A DNA stretch of 64,000 nucleotides, taken from contig JBHGNT010000016.1 of the NCBI GenBank assembly GCA_043228905.1, forward strand, positions 15,810,001-15,874,000. Direction: 5' to 3'. Source of the stretch: Azolla caroliniana. Its lineage: Eukaryota; Plantae; Polypodiophyta. Both the position numbers and the translations under genes were made by a program. This document shows, piece by piece, positions 1 to 9,993 of the stretch. The notes beneath the pieces were generated by a model that saw only the letters and a list, made by a program, of their open reading frames with translations, was not told where the DNA came from and did no database searches. How positions within the stretch are numbered: the first letter of the stretch is position 1; each line of letters begins with the position of its first letter.

Positions 1-2083
1 TCCATTATCGAACACTTTGGTCTCCATCCGAGATGATGTGATATACGGTTGCCCTAGGATGACAGGATGCGACGCCAATTCTTGTACGAAGAAGTGTTGA
101 TCCATCTCCACATCCCCGATCGTAACTTTGACATTGGGACAAGCTCCGTACAAGTCCTCCGTAGACTTTGTTGCCGCGCGAACCTTCCATCCGTGGTTTT
201 TATTGATTGGCCATCTTCCTTTTTTGTAGAAGTCGGTTGACATGAGGTTGATCTCCGAGCCGTGGTCGATCAAAGCTACCACGGTCTCTTTCTTCTCCCC
301 GATCTTCACCGGCGTCTCCGATGTCGCTCGTGCCAGATGAGGTCGAGTATAGTGGATGTCCATCATATCTTCATCGACTTCGTCTCTTGCCATCGTTATG
401 GCATTCGTTTTTGCTTTTTGCGGGTTCTTTCTCTTCTTCCTCGTTCGATTGTTGTCTTTTTCTCTTTACAAGGTCCACGATCGTGTCATGGAACTCCTTC
501 TTCGTAATGCTAAGCAATTCCCTCAAGGACAAAATCACATGGCTATCAAGAACTCGTTCTTTGAGAATCTTCTTTAGGTCCGTCGTCGGCTCTATGTCCG
601 ACCTTAGCTTATAGGTAGGCATAGTCCTTGTCCTCCAAGCGGGGTCTTTGACACCAACCTTCACGGGCCGAACCGTTTCTTCAACTTGTATGCTCGGCTC
701 CCCTTTTTAGCTTGATTCTCGTTCCTCCATTTGTAAAGGTCGACTCGTCTCCGCATTGTCCTTCTTTTTCGCATTCCTTGTTTCAAGTCTTTTTGATGGG
801 CCTTGCTCTTCTATTCTTTTTCTCTTTTCTTTGACGAACACCTCGTGGTTGTCGCACATCACCTCCGCGAGTATGGTGTTGTCGTCCATCGGATCCGACC
901 ACTTGGTTATGCTTTGCACGCTTCGGTCCGCAAGCTCTACCTCGTTCGATGTGACCATCCCCATCTTCTCATACTCGAGAACGGAAGACCAAAACTTGGC
1001 TCCCACTTTCATAGCTTCATTTCTGTCTTTCCCGACTCTTATTCCGGCCGACGTAGCATAGTGCATCGCATCCACATGAATCGCATTGGCATCCTCCATA
1101 GCTTTCTTCATTCCTCCTCTTCCGAAATTCACCCGTAGGGGTCTTCTAGTCTCGCTCGAGCAGATCATGTTGTCATCTATGTACACGATATTTTGTCGGA
1201 TTGCCTTTCGAAGGCTCGCGCAATCCCTTCTCATGTGGTCCATCCTATCACACCACATGCATCTAAAGGGTTCTTTTCCTTTGGGTCCCTGACGATTCAT
1301 GTTGGCTAGCGTGACCGCCTCAAACTTCTTCACTAGTTCTTCGATGATGTTGTCATCAATCTTCTTTTCTTCTGGGCTGCTTTGTTTGGGCGGATCAGCT
1401 ACTTTCGGTTGTCTTGTTTTCTCTACGACAGTCAATCCCGCGAAGTCGGTGTCATCAACCCACTAACGATGCTTGTCGAACCTATTGCATGCTCGCTTTA
1501 ACGCAACCCAGTCCGCCACAAGCCCATTTGCTTGGATACCGTCTTCGAGAAGAGTCCCCAACTCCCGTCCATCCTTCATGTTCACATCTTTGAAGAAGTA
1601 TAAAGTCTTGTCCTCTTCAAGAAGCACTTGATCCATGCTGGGGAGACGGCCAAACATATGGTCGAATTCGTCATACACCCTCGAGGCGCTCATCTTCTTA
1701 TTCTTCTTCTCTATCCACTTCATCAGGGCATGTCGAGTCATCCTTGTTGAGTCTTCAGTCGCGAACTCCGCTAATATTGTTTTCTCGAACTCAGACCATG
1801 TTGTCTTACCTTCTTGAAGTTCAATGACGCGTCTTTGAACGTTGTTGGCGACAACTCTCTTGAAGCTTGCGATTTGACGTGCTTCTATATGATTCATCTC
1901 CCTTCTATATGCATCAGGGAACTTTGTAACGTTCCTTCCATCGAATTGGCCCTCAAGCTCTATGACACGATCGACAACCTTCTCCACGCTCGTGTCGTTG
2001 TCCTGAGATCTCATCATTTGCTCGACGATTAGCATCATCCTTTCGAGCTCTCCCGTTTGGTTGCTTGAGGACGCCATCTCCAA
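1..2083 (-). pseudogene. gag: Disrupted gag-protease of Gypsy L
   Basis: ORF pieces 1463-2083, 707-1435 (CX2CX4HX4C knuckle) and 371-664, plus an aspartic protease motif (LIDHGSEIN); broken by stops and frameshifts. Confidence 0.8.
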
Positions 2084-2118
2084 GTATTAATCTCAGCTTG
2101 ATCCTTCCTACCGCCTCT

Positions 2119-2135
2119 TTCACGTCGGGTTCACC
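2119..2135 (-). promoter_or_regulatory. Primer-binding site complementary to the tRNA-Trp 3' end
   Basis: + strand TTCACGTCGGGTTCACC matches the plant tRNA-Trp 3' end (...TTCACGTCGGGTTCACCA, recalled from knowledge); it lies ~10 nt from the LTR. Confidence 0.8.
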
Positions 2136-2144
2136 GCTTAATTA

Positions 2145-3231
2145 TGTTGTGAAGATCCGTCACTAGGCGGTGATTGCGAGGCGGAACCACCGAGGTTTTG
2201 GACCGGAAGGATCAAAGTTCGCACCAAGCTTAGCGAGAAAGTATTTAGCATAGATTGAGAGAGAGAAAGAGATTAAGATTAAACGCTTGACTTAGCTTGA
2301 GAAAGATTGATAGCTTGAGAAAGATTGATATGGCCCAGAGAGAGATATTGAGATTAAGATTTTAACTCTTGATTTAAGAAACAAGATATATTATTAATGA
2401 ATTTTCTTCTCATTAATTTCTTAGTTCATACATGGATCCATAATACATTTTCATCCATCCTTGTATAGATGCCCCCATTCATATGATGCATGTTTGCCAT
2501 TTGGCGCTCGTGTATTACATGTGGTGCATGATAACCATGTCACTCATTTTAGCTCTCATGCATAAGAATTTACATGTAAAAGTATGATGATAGAAATATA
2601 ATTTCAACTAAATATCTTGGCTTAGTGGAAAGCCAAATGACTCCTAACTTGGAGGTGCAAGGTTCAAATCCTTACTTGTCCGCCTTGTATATGTATATAT
2701 ATTTATATATTTATTTATCTAGTCGCTGGATGCCAGTTTCCGACCGGTTCGATGCCGCCGGATGTCGGTACCACTGGCTCCGTCGGATCACCGGTTGCCG
2801 GTGTGCCACCGTCGCTTTGCCGGCTGCCGCCGGATCACCGGCTCCATCGCCCGTCCGGTTTTGGTTGGCAAAAACCTTTACAAGTAGTTAGGCCATCTCT
2901 ACTCTTAGTTCAAGTTACCTTGAAATCTCTATGCTTCACATATAGACACAAAGATAATAGTTTTTGCTCTACCTTATATATGATGTGAGCCGTATTTGTC
3001 ATGCCTATGTGGGATATCTCACAAACTTTATACCCTCATATCTTGACATCTAGTTGTCCGTTTCTCGTGTAATAAAGTGCATTCGAAAGCTCTTGAAGAC
3101 CTCCATCATTTTGTACTTTAATATTAAACTTATTTAAAATTTTGTATTCACTATTATTGTTTTATGTAATTCATACTTGATTTTGTACGTTTTATGTGAT
3201 TTTCACACCATTGCCGAAAATCTTCAAGACA
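2145..3231 (-). repeat. 5' LTR of Gypsy L (~1.09 kb)
   Basis: TG...CA ends with an imperfect 12-bp TIR; 2460-2540 is the reverse complement of similar sequence at 61497-61600 in solo LTR 60323-62128. Confidence 0.8.
2618..2671 (+). promoter_or_regulatory. tRNA-like Pol III A-box/B-box pair inside the L LTR (antisense to the element)
   Basis: TGGCTTAGTGG (2618-2628), 32 nt spacer, GGTTCAAATCC (2661-2671). Confidence 0.65.
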
Positions 3232-3615
3232 ACGCGCAACATGTTCATAAGCTTCCCTTTCTGCCCCATGTGGCTGAGGGGAACTTCACCGACATGTTCG
3301 ATGATATGTGGAGTGTCGTCTCCGGTTTCAATCACTCCTTGCTTTTCTAGCTTCTCCAAGTACAAGAACCATTCCTCGTGACTTGTCATATGGTTTGACG
3401 CTCCAGAATCAACATATCACACCTCGCTTGATTTCGAGGTGTTCATGACCATTGAATTGCCTTGTGCTTCATTATGAAGGCTGGGCCCGATTTATTTTCG
3501 GCTTGTTTAGAGCCTTCCGCTGTCGCGTTGCTACGCGCGTGCATGGAGAAGGGTGGGACCACGGGGGTCTTGGACTAAGGAGTAGAGGAGAAGGAATCGG
3601 ACCTGGAATGGAAGC

Positions 3616-4045
3616 TGTCAGGAATAGTACTAAAGCAGAGATGGAATTAGTACTAAGAAGAGCAGTACTATTAGTACTAAGAGGACGGGACTACGTAAGA
3701 TTCCCGAGAGAGGAAGTGAGAAGAGGAGAGAGATAGATAACGAGGATGAGAGAGAGAGAAAGCTAATATATTATGTGAAAAGATAAGTACAAGCAGCTAA
3801 GAGGCTTAAGACTAGCGTTGAACCAATTTGGTTCAAAACAATGCCTTGTGCCTCCTTTTATAGTGTTTTTAGGAATAATCATGAAGCTTCTAGAATGTTC
3901 CAGAGAGATCTGGAATATACATCAATTTTCTATGATAAAACATAAATGAAAATAATATCCTACAAATTACAATTCATAGTCTAATGGTAAGAGCTCGACC
4001 CATGTAACATAAGGTCATGGGTTCGAGTCTTGCCATATCATGACA
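3616..4045 (-). repeat. 3' LTR of chromovirus A
   Basis: TGTCAGG...CATGACA, direct repeat of 8913-9357, next to PPT AAGGGGGAGATAG. Confidence 0.95.
3977..4030 (+). promoter_or_regulatory. tRNA-like A-box/B-box pair at the U3 end of the A 3' LTR (second copy at 9289-9342)
   Basis: TAGTCTAATGG (3977-3987), 32 nt spacer, GGTTCGAGTC (4020-4029). Confidence 0.65.
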
Positions 4046-4056
4046 CTATCTCCCCC

Positions 4057-7000
4057 TTAAAGACGACGAGTGGAACGAGTCAGCGCTGATTGTGGACCGG
4101 GTTTGTTCGGATACTTTTGGTGGAAATCAGGAAGAAGATCTTGTGCATCCACTCGTCGACGCTGATTGCGGACCGGGTTTGTCCAGATACTTTCGGTGGA
4201 AATCAGGAAGAAGATCTTGTGCATTGGCAACATGCTCGACGGGTTGCCATGTACGTTCGCTCGGACTATAACCGAGCCAATCGACCAAGTAATAAAGTTT
4301 GTTGCGAACAAGTTTGGAATCGAGGATGGCAGCAACTTCATACTCCGGGCCGGCGTCCAATTCTAGCGGGGGCGGCGGTGGTGTCACACGATCGGGAATG
4401 GTGTTTGCTTTATAAGGTTCAAGAAGAGAACAATGAAAAACCGGATGTATCTGAAGCTGCGGAGGGAGATCAAGGCAGAATGTGACATCATTAATCTTAC
4501 CCGTAATACGGAAGGGACCGAGTCGTCGATAATCCAACTTGTCGCACGGTTGAGTAGTCTTGATGTGACGACGTAAGAGCCATACTCGATCTCCGATGGC
4601 AAAAGAGGAGGGAATCCGATGACGATCCGCATAAGTCTTCTGTGTGTGTTGAGCATGACGAAGGTGAGTAGAGAGATCCATCTGGATCTTCCGTAGCCTC
4701 TCCAAATGATCCTCGACACGAGGGTTGGTAGGTAGCTCCGGGGTGTTGATCACCGACCAACGAGGATGGAAACCGGTATAAGCGAAAAATGGGGAGACCC
4801 GAGTCGAGGAGTGAATAGCATTATTATACGCAAACTCCGCAAAGTGGAGAATCTCGGCCCAATCGTCCTGTTGATAACTCAGGAAACACCGGAGATATTG
4901 CTCCAACGTTTGGTTTGTTCGTTCCGCTTGCCCGTCGGTCTGAGGATGGTAGCCGAAGGAGAGGTTGCAGGAGACCTTGAGCATCTTGAAGAGATGCTGC
5001 CAAAATTTGGAGACAAATTGCATTCCTCGGTCATTGATGATACTGTCTGGGAGGCCATGATGCCGAAATACCTCACGCATAACAAGGGCGGTTGTTTCCT
5101 CGCTAGTGATGGCTTTAGTACACGGCACAAAATGTGCCATCTTCGTATATCGATCGATGACGGTTAGGATAGCCTCGAACCCCTTCAAGACCGGCAGATC
5201 TGTGATAAAATCAAGACAAATAGATTGCCACGGCTTACTTGGAATCGGTAAGGGTTCCAACAAGCCATATGGATGATGTCGTGGCATCTTTGCTCGACAG
5301 CAAGCATCACAGGTCTGAACGTAGTCGTCGACAAAATGGCGCATGTGGGGCCACCAAAAAGATCGTTGCACTAGCTCCAACGTCTTAGTACTACCGAAAT
5401 GTCCCGCCGTATGGGTGTCGTGACAATGCTGGACGATTTGAAGGCGACATGAGCAATCGGGGACATATACGCGCTTTTTAAAGAATAAGAAACCATCATG
5501 ATATTCGAATTGTCGGTAGTCAATACCTGGTTGTTGAGAGTGAGAACAGGATGCCCGAGAAGTATCAATGTGCGCCAAGATGTTCTGAGCAAAACTATCC
5601 GTCTTCAAGGTTGCACGTATGTCATTGGTAATCCGTGAATCCATCGGGGTGTGAAAAATCCGCGTCGTTTGCAATCGTGTTGGTCCCAAGATTACTTGCT
5701 TTTGATTACCAAATGTTGCATCACCAGCACGAGGTGCAAGATATGAACGCCGTGATAGTGCATCTGCTTTTCCTTGCTGCTTCCCCGGTCGATATGTGAT
5801 TTTGAAGTCGAAACGCGTGAGGAATTGCGCCCACCGAGCTTGACGTCGATTTAGTACGCGAGCGTTATGAAAATAAGCAAGATTTTTATGATCACTAAAG
5901 ACAATGACCTGATGTGGAGAGCCCTCTAAGAAATGTTGCCATTGCACAAATGAATCCACGATGGCTAATAACTCCTTGTCATGTATTTCGTAGTTGATTT
6001 CTACGACATCGAATTTGCGCGAATGGAAAGCCACCAGATGCAACTCTTCTTTATCTCCTTATTGAGAAAGGATGCTACCGAGGGCGAAATCTAATGCGTC
6101 AGCTTCCATGATGAATGGTTTGCTTGTATCCACATGAGCTAGAATCGGTGCTGATGTAACGACTTTCTTAAGATGCCGAAAAGCCATATCTGCTTCGATG
6201 GACCAAAGAAATGCTTGGCCCTTCTTCGTAAGTTGTGTGAGAGGTAAAATAATCTTCGAGTAATCCTGTATAAACTTACGGTAGAAGTTAGCAAAACCTA
6301 GAAAACATTGAACATCTCGTACCGACCGTGGAATTTGCCACTCTAGTACAATTTGGATTTTAGCTGGATCCATGGCGATGCCCTTTGAGGAGATGACGTA
6401 GCCTAGAAATTCCACTTGCTTGCAGTCAAAGCCACATTTTTCTAGCTTGGCATAAAGACCATTCTCGCGGAGACGCTTTAGTACTAATAGTACATGAGAA
6501 TCGTGCTCTTCTTGGGTCTTCGAATAAATCAATAGATCATCCAGATAGATGATCAAACAGATATCCAAGAGGTCTCCGAATATATCATTTGCCATGTGTT
6601 GGAAGACTGCGGGTGCATTGGTTAGGCCGAACGGCATAACAGTATACTCGAAATGCCCATACCGCGTGCGAAAGGCGGTCTTCCATTCATCTCCCGGTCG
6701 GATCCGCACGAGGTTATACGCTCCTCGTAGGTCGATTTTAGTAAAAAACTTGGCACCATTAACTCGCTCTAAAAGGCTTGATATAAGAGGAAGTGCATAC
6801 CTATTCCGGATGGTGACCTTATTCAATCCGCGGTAATCAACGATGAGACGAAGTGAGCCATCTTTCTTCTTGACAAAGAAGATGGGTGCACGGGCCGGAG
6901 ATTTCGAATGACGGATGAACCCGCTTGCCAAGTTCTCCTCTATGTAGGCTCGAAGGACTTCTAACTCGGTGGGTGACAAGTTGTAAATTGGTCCCCATGG

Positions 7001-7690
7001 TGGCTCGGTCCCTGGTTGTAAATCGATGGGACAGTCATAGGGATGGTGATGAGGAAGGGTACCGGCTTTTACCTTGTCAAATACATCGGGATAAGGAAGT
7101 TGTACTGAGGAGTCCTTCTTAATAGTGCTGGAAGGATGTACTGATATTGCAAATAGGAACATTGCCTCCTTGTGTCCTTCGCGTAATTGATGGAGTGAAA
7201 TGGTCGAAACTCGGTGACTAGATGCTTGGTGTGGTCGATATCGGACTTCTCTTGTTCTCTAATCTATGGCTAGATTATGTAATTCAAACCAAGGTAATCC
7301 TAGGACAATGGGATGCTCTGGACTACTAATTATATTAAATGATATTACACACACAAAACTACCTAGGACAACTTGAATGGGTTCTGATTCTTCTACAATA
7401 TTCCCGGAAGCAATGGGACAACCATCAATGACCACTACAGATGCAGGACAAGGAAGTTTCCTTAGGGATATCTGAGAAGCTTGGGCAAAATTTCGATCCA
7501 TAAAACAGGAATTAGCTCCGGAATCTAAGAGTGCTAGGACGGGTACTGGGGGAGTACTTTTAGTACTAACAATGACTTGGGCTAGGAACACATTGCTAAC
7601 TTGCTTGGAAGGAATGGAACCACTAATGGGCTGTACAGATCTAGGGTTGCTGTCCAACCAAACGGCTCCTATTTTGGCTGGACTCAATCA
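4057..7690 (-). pseudogene. pol: pol of chromovirus A (protease, RT, RNase H, integrase, chromodomain) with a few stops
   Basis: LLDSGANSCF protease; YLDD RT; RNase H (DKELLAIV); HHCC/DDE integrase with a GPF motif; chromodomain EYEVAAILDSK...YLVDWLGY; ORFs 7259-7687, 6059-7162 and 4127-6043. Confidence 0.93.
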
Positions 7691-8841
7691 TTTAACTCTT
7701 CATCTAATTGACTAAGGATTTCAAATTTGTTTGAGATACTTGGGTTATTAGTACTATGAATACTATCTGACACTCTATTAGTATTATTAATACTATCAGA
7801 CACTCCGAAGGGAAGAATTGACTCGGGTTTAGTACAGGCGATGATTTGATTTACCTGTCTTCTTGGCCTATGGGGACAATTGATGGCGATATGCCTTGGT
7901 CCACCACAATAAAGACATAATCGATTGGCACGTCGTTGTTGCTTTTCTTCTTCCGATAACGGGCCGCGTCGACGCATGGTGTTGATCTCCATCGGTGTCG
8001 GAATATTGGCTTGAGGTACATCGCGTGCAAACGGTTTAGCCGTGACTGAGGCGTATGTGGGTTCCGGCCGAGAGCGTGGTATTTGTAACTGACGTTCCGA
8101 ACGCCGTTCGAAAAGGCGGTTGTCGCATCGGACCGCTCGACTGATTGCCTCCGTAAGAGACTTTGGTTCTTCGGGGAAGGTTAAAAGCAAATCTTTGACA
8201 TCATTGCGCAAGCCGTAGCGAAACTGCTCCATGAGGGCTTGGTAATCCCAGGGGATATCTGAGGCGAGTAGATGGAAATCCGCCGCGTAGGCAGAGGCTG
8301 GACGATCGCCTTGACGCAATCTTCGGATCTTGTTGATCGCCGTCTTGATGCTATCGGTATCTCCAAAGCAGGCTTTAAACTCACCAATAAAATCTTCAAA
8401 GTTATTAAGCAAGGGCAATTGTTTTTCTAGAAGCGGAGCGAACCATGCCAAGGTTGAGCCGCTAAGTAACGTGCCTATTAGGCCGACTCGAGATGCATCA
8501 GTGGGATATCAGGAAGGATGCATCTGGATGACTAAGCGTACCTGATTAAGGAATCCCCGGAATTGCGATCGCGTTCCATCAAATTTCACAGGAAGTCCAA
8601 TCTTGGGCTCTTTATGAAATCCTTGGGGACTTGATCCTAGTTGTTGCAACGCTGCATCGAGTTGTTGTACTCGTAACGTTATCTCCCCATGTTGTTGTTG
8701 CGTTTGTTGTTTTTCGAGAGCGATTTGTTGCAGATCCCCTATCAACCATTGGTTTTCTTGTTCCAGGGCAACAAACTTTTCTTTTAGGCACTGTAACTCA
8801 GAGAAAATGGATTGATATTCTTGGGTGCTAACAGTAGCCAT
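7684..8841 (-). pseudogene. gag: gag of chromovirus A (one internal stop at 8509-8511)
   Basis: MATVSTQEYQ...KFDGTRSQFRGFL...CLYCGGPRHIAINC, a Tf1/sushi/PEG10-like gag with a knuckle. Confidence 0.9.
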
Positions 8842-8894
8842 AGTATAGGGAAAAGGGTAGGAGGATGAGGGAGAACGACAAGTAGGCTGGAGGA

Positions 8895-8910
8895 AACCAA
8901 ATTGGTTCAA
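8895..8910 (-). promoter_or_regulatory. Self-priming PBS of A (not tRNA-complementary)
   Basis: Element-sense TTGAACCAATTTGGTT lies 2 nt inside the 5' LTR boundary and is complementary over 16 nt to LTR positions 9130-9145, downstream of the TATA box. Confidence 0.7.
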
Positions 8911-8912
8911 AC

Positions 8913-9357
8913 TGTCAGGAATAGTACTAAAGCAGAGATGGAATTAGTACTAAGAAGAGTAGTACTATTAGTACTAAGAGGACGGGACTGCGTAAGATTC
9001 CGGAGAGAGGAAGTGAGAAGAGGAGAGAGAGAGATAGCGAGGAGGAGAGAGAGAGAGAAAGATGATGACAACAGCTAATATATTATGTGAAAAGATAAGT
9101 ACAATCGGCTAAGAGGCTTAAGACTGGCATTGAACCAATTTGGTTCAAAACAATTCCTTGTGCCTCCTTTTATAGTGTTTTTAGGAATAATCCTGAAGCT
9201 TCTAGAATGTTCCAGAGAGATCTAGAATATACATCGATTTTCTATGATAAAGCATAAATGAAAATAATATTCTACAAATTACAATTCATAGTCTAATGGT
9301 AAGAGCTCGACCCATGTAGCATAAGGTCATGGGTTCGAGTCTTGCCATATCATGACA
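8913..9357 (-). repeat. 5' LTR of chromovirus A
   Basis: Direct repeat of 3616-4045. Confidence 0.95.
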
Positions 9358-9993
9358 GAAGCTTTGCTCAAGAAGAAGAAGAATGAACAAGATATATTAT
9401 AGATCGAACAAGAGGAAGATGGAGACAAGATGATCAACAAGATATATTAAAACGAAATGAACGATTACAAAATGGTGGCCGCGTAGGCCACACCAAACGA
9501 CTACTCGAAACCCTAACCGACGAAGATGAAGATAAAGATAAAGAAACCCTAACCCTAACCCTAACGCTCAACCTATGTGGTATACCTCGCACACTCAAAA
9601 TAGGCAACCCCCACAATGGTGCCTTCCCTCTCCTTTTATAGCACAAGGAGGGAAGACCGTTTACAAAAGTGAGACTAAAATATCCCCTTTCATTCAAAGG
9701 GGATATTTGCCTTGATTTGGGGGAGGGTGAGATTGATGGCCCCCTTTACTCCCACCTCCTCACAAACAACTAGGTACCTATGTACCGCATAGTACCTCTC
9801 TCTCTCTCTCACGTGAATGTGCGCACAAGACCACATCACCTTTATACCTTAGGGACCTTATGGGGCATTTCTAGCACCATACCCTTTACCCTTATTATTA
9901 TTACAAATACATTATGTACGTGTGCAACGTTGCACATCGCTCTTTGCCTCTCGTTGCTCGGGTTTCCGCTTGTGGACGAAAATCTTCACGACA

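Larger units (their letters stand above)
1..3231 (-). mobile_element. Ty3/Gypsy element L, 5' portion (5' LTR, PBS, gag, protease); continues beyond the window's left edge; inserted into Copia D
   Basis: LTR 2145-3231 with inverted ends TGTTGTGAAGAT...ATCTTCAAGACA; tRNA-Trp PBS at 2119-2135; gag with CMWCDRMDHMRRDC knuckle; protease motif ALIDHGSEINLM at ~239-277 (-). Copia coding sequence resumes at 3232. Confidence 0.85.
3616..9357 (-). mobile_element. Full-length Ty3/Gypsy chromovirus A (Tcn1-like), TSD GAAGC
   Basis: LTRs 3616-4045 and 8913-9357 (about 16 substitutions by eye); GAAGC at 3611-3615 and 9358-9362; PPT 4046-4058; domain order gag-PR-RT-RH-IN-chromodomain. Confidence 0.95.

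Noticed and set aside
2611-2684. Functional tRNA genes at the A/B-box sites
   Set aside because: No convincing acceptor stem or canonical anticodon arm, so these are reported only as promoter-like motifs.
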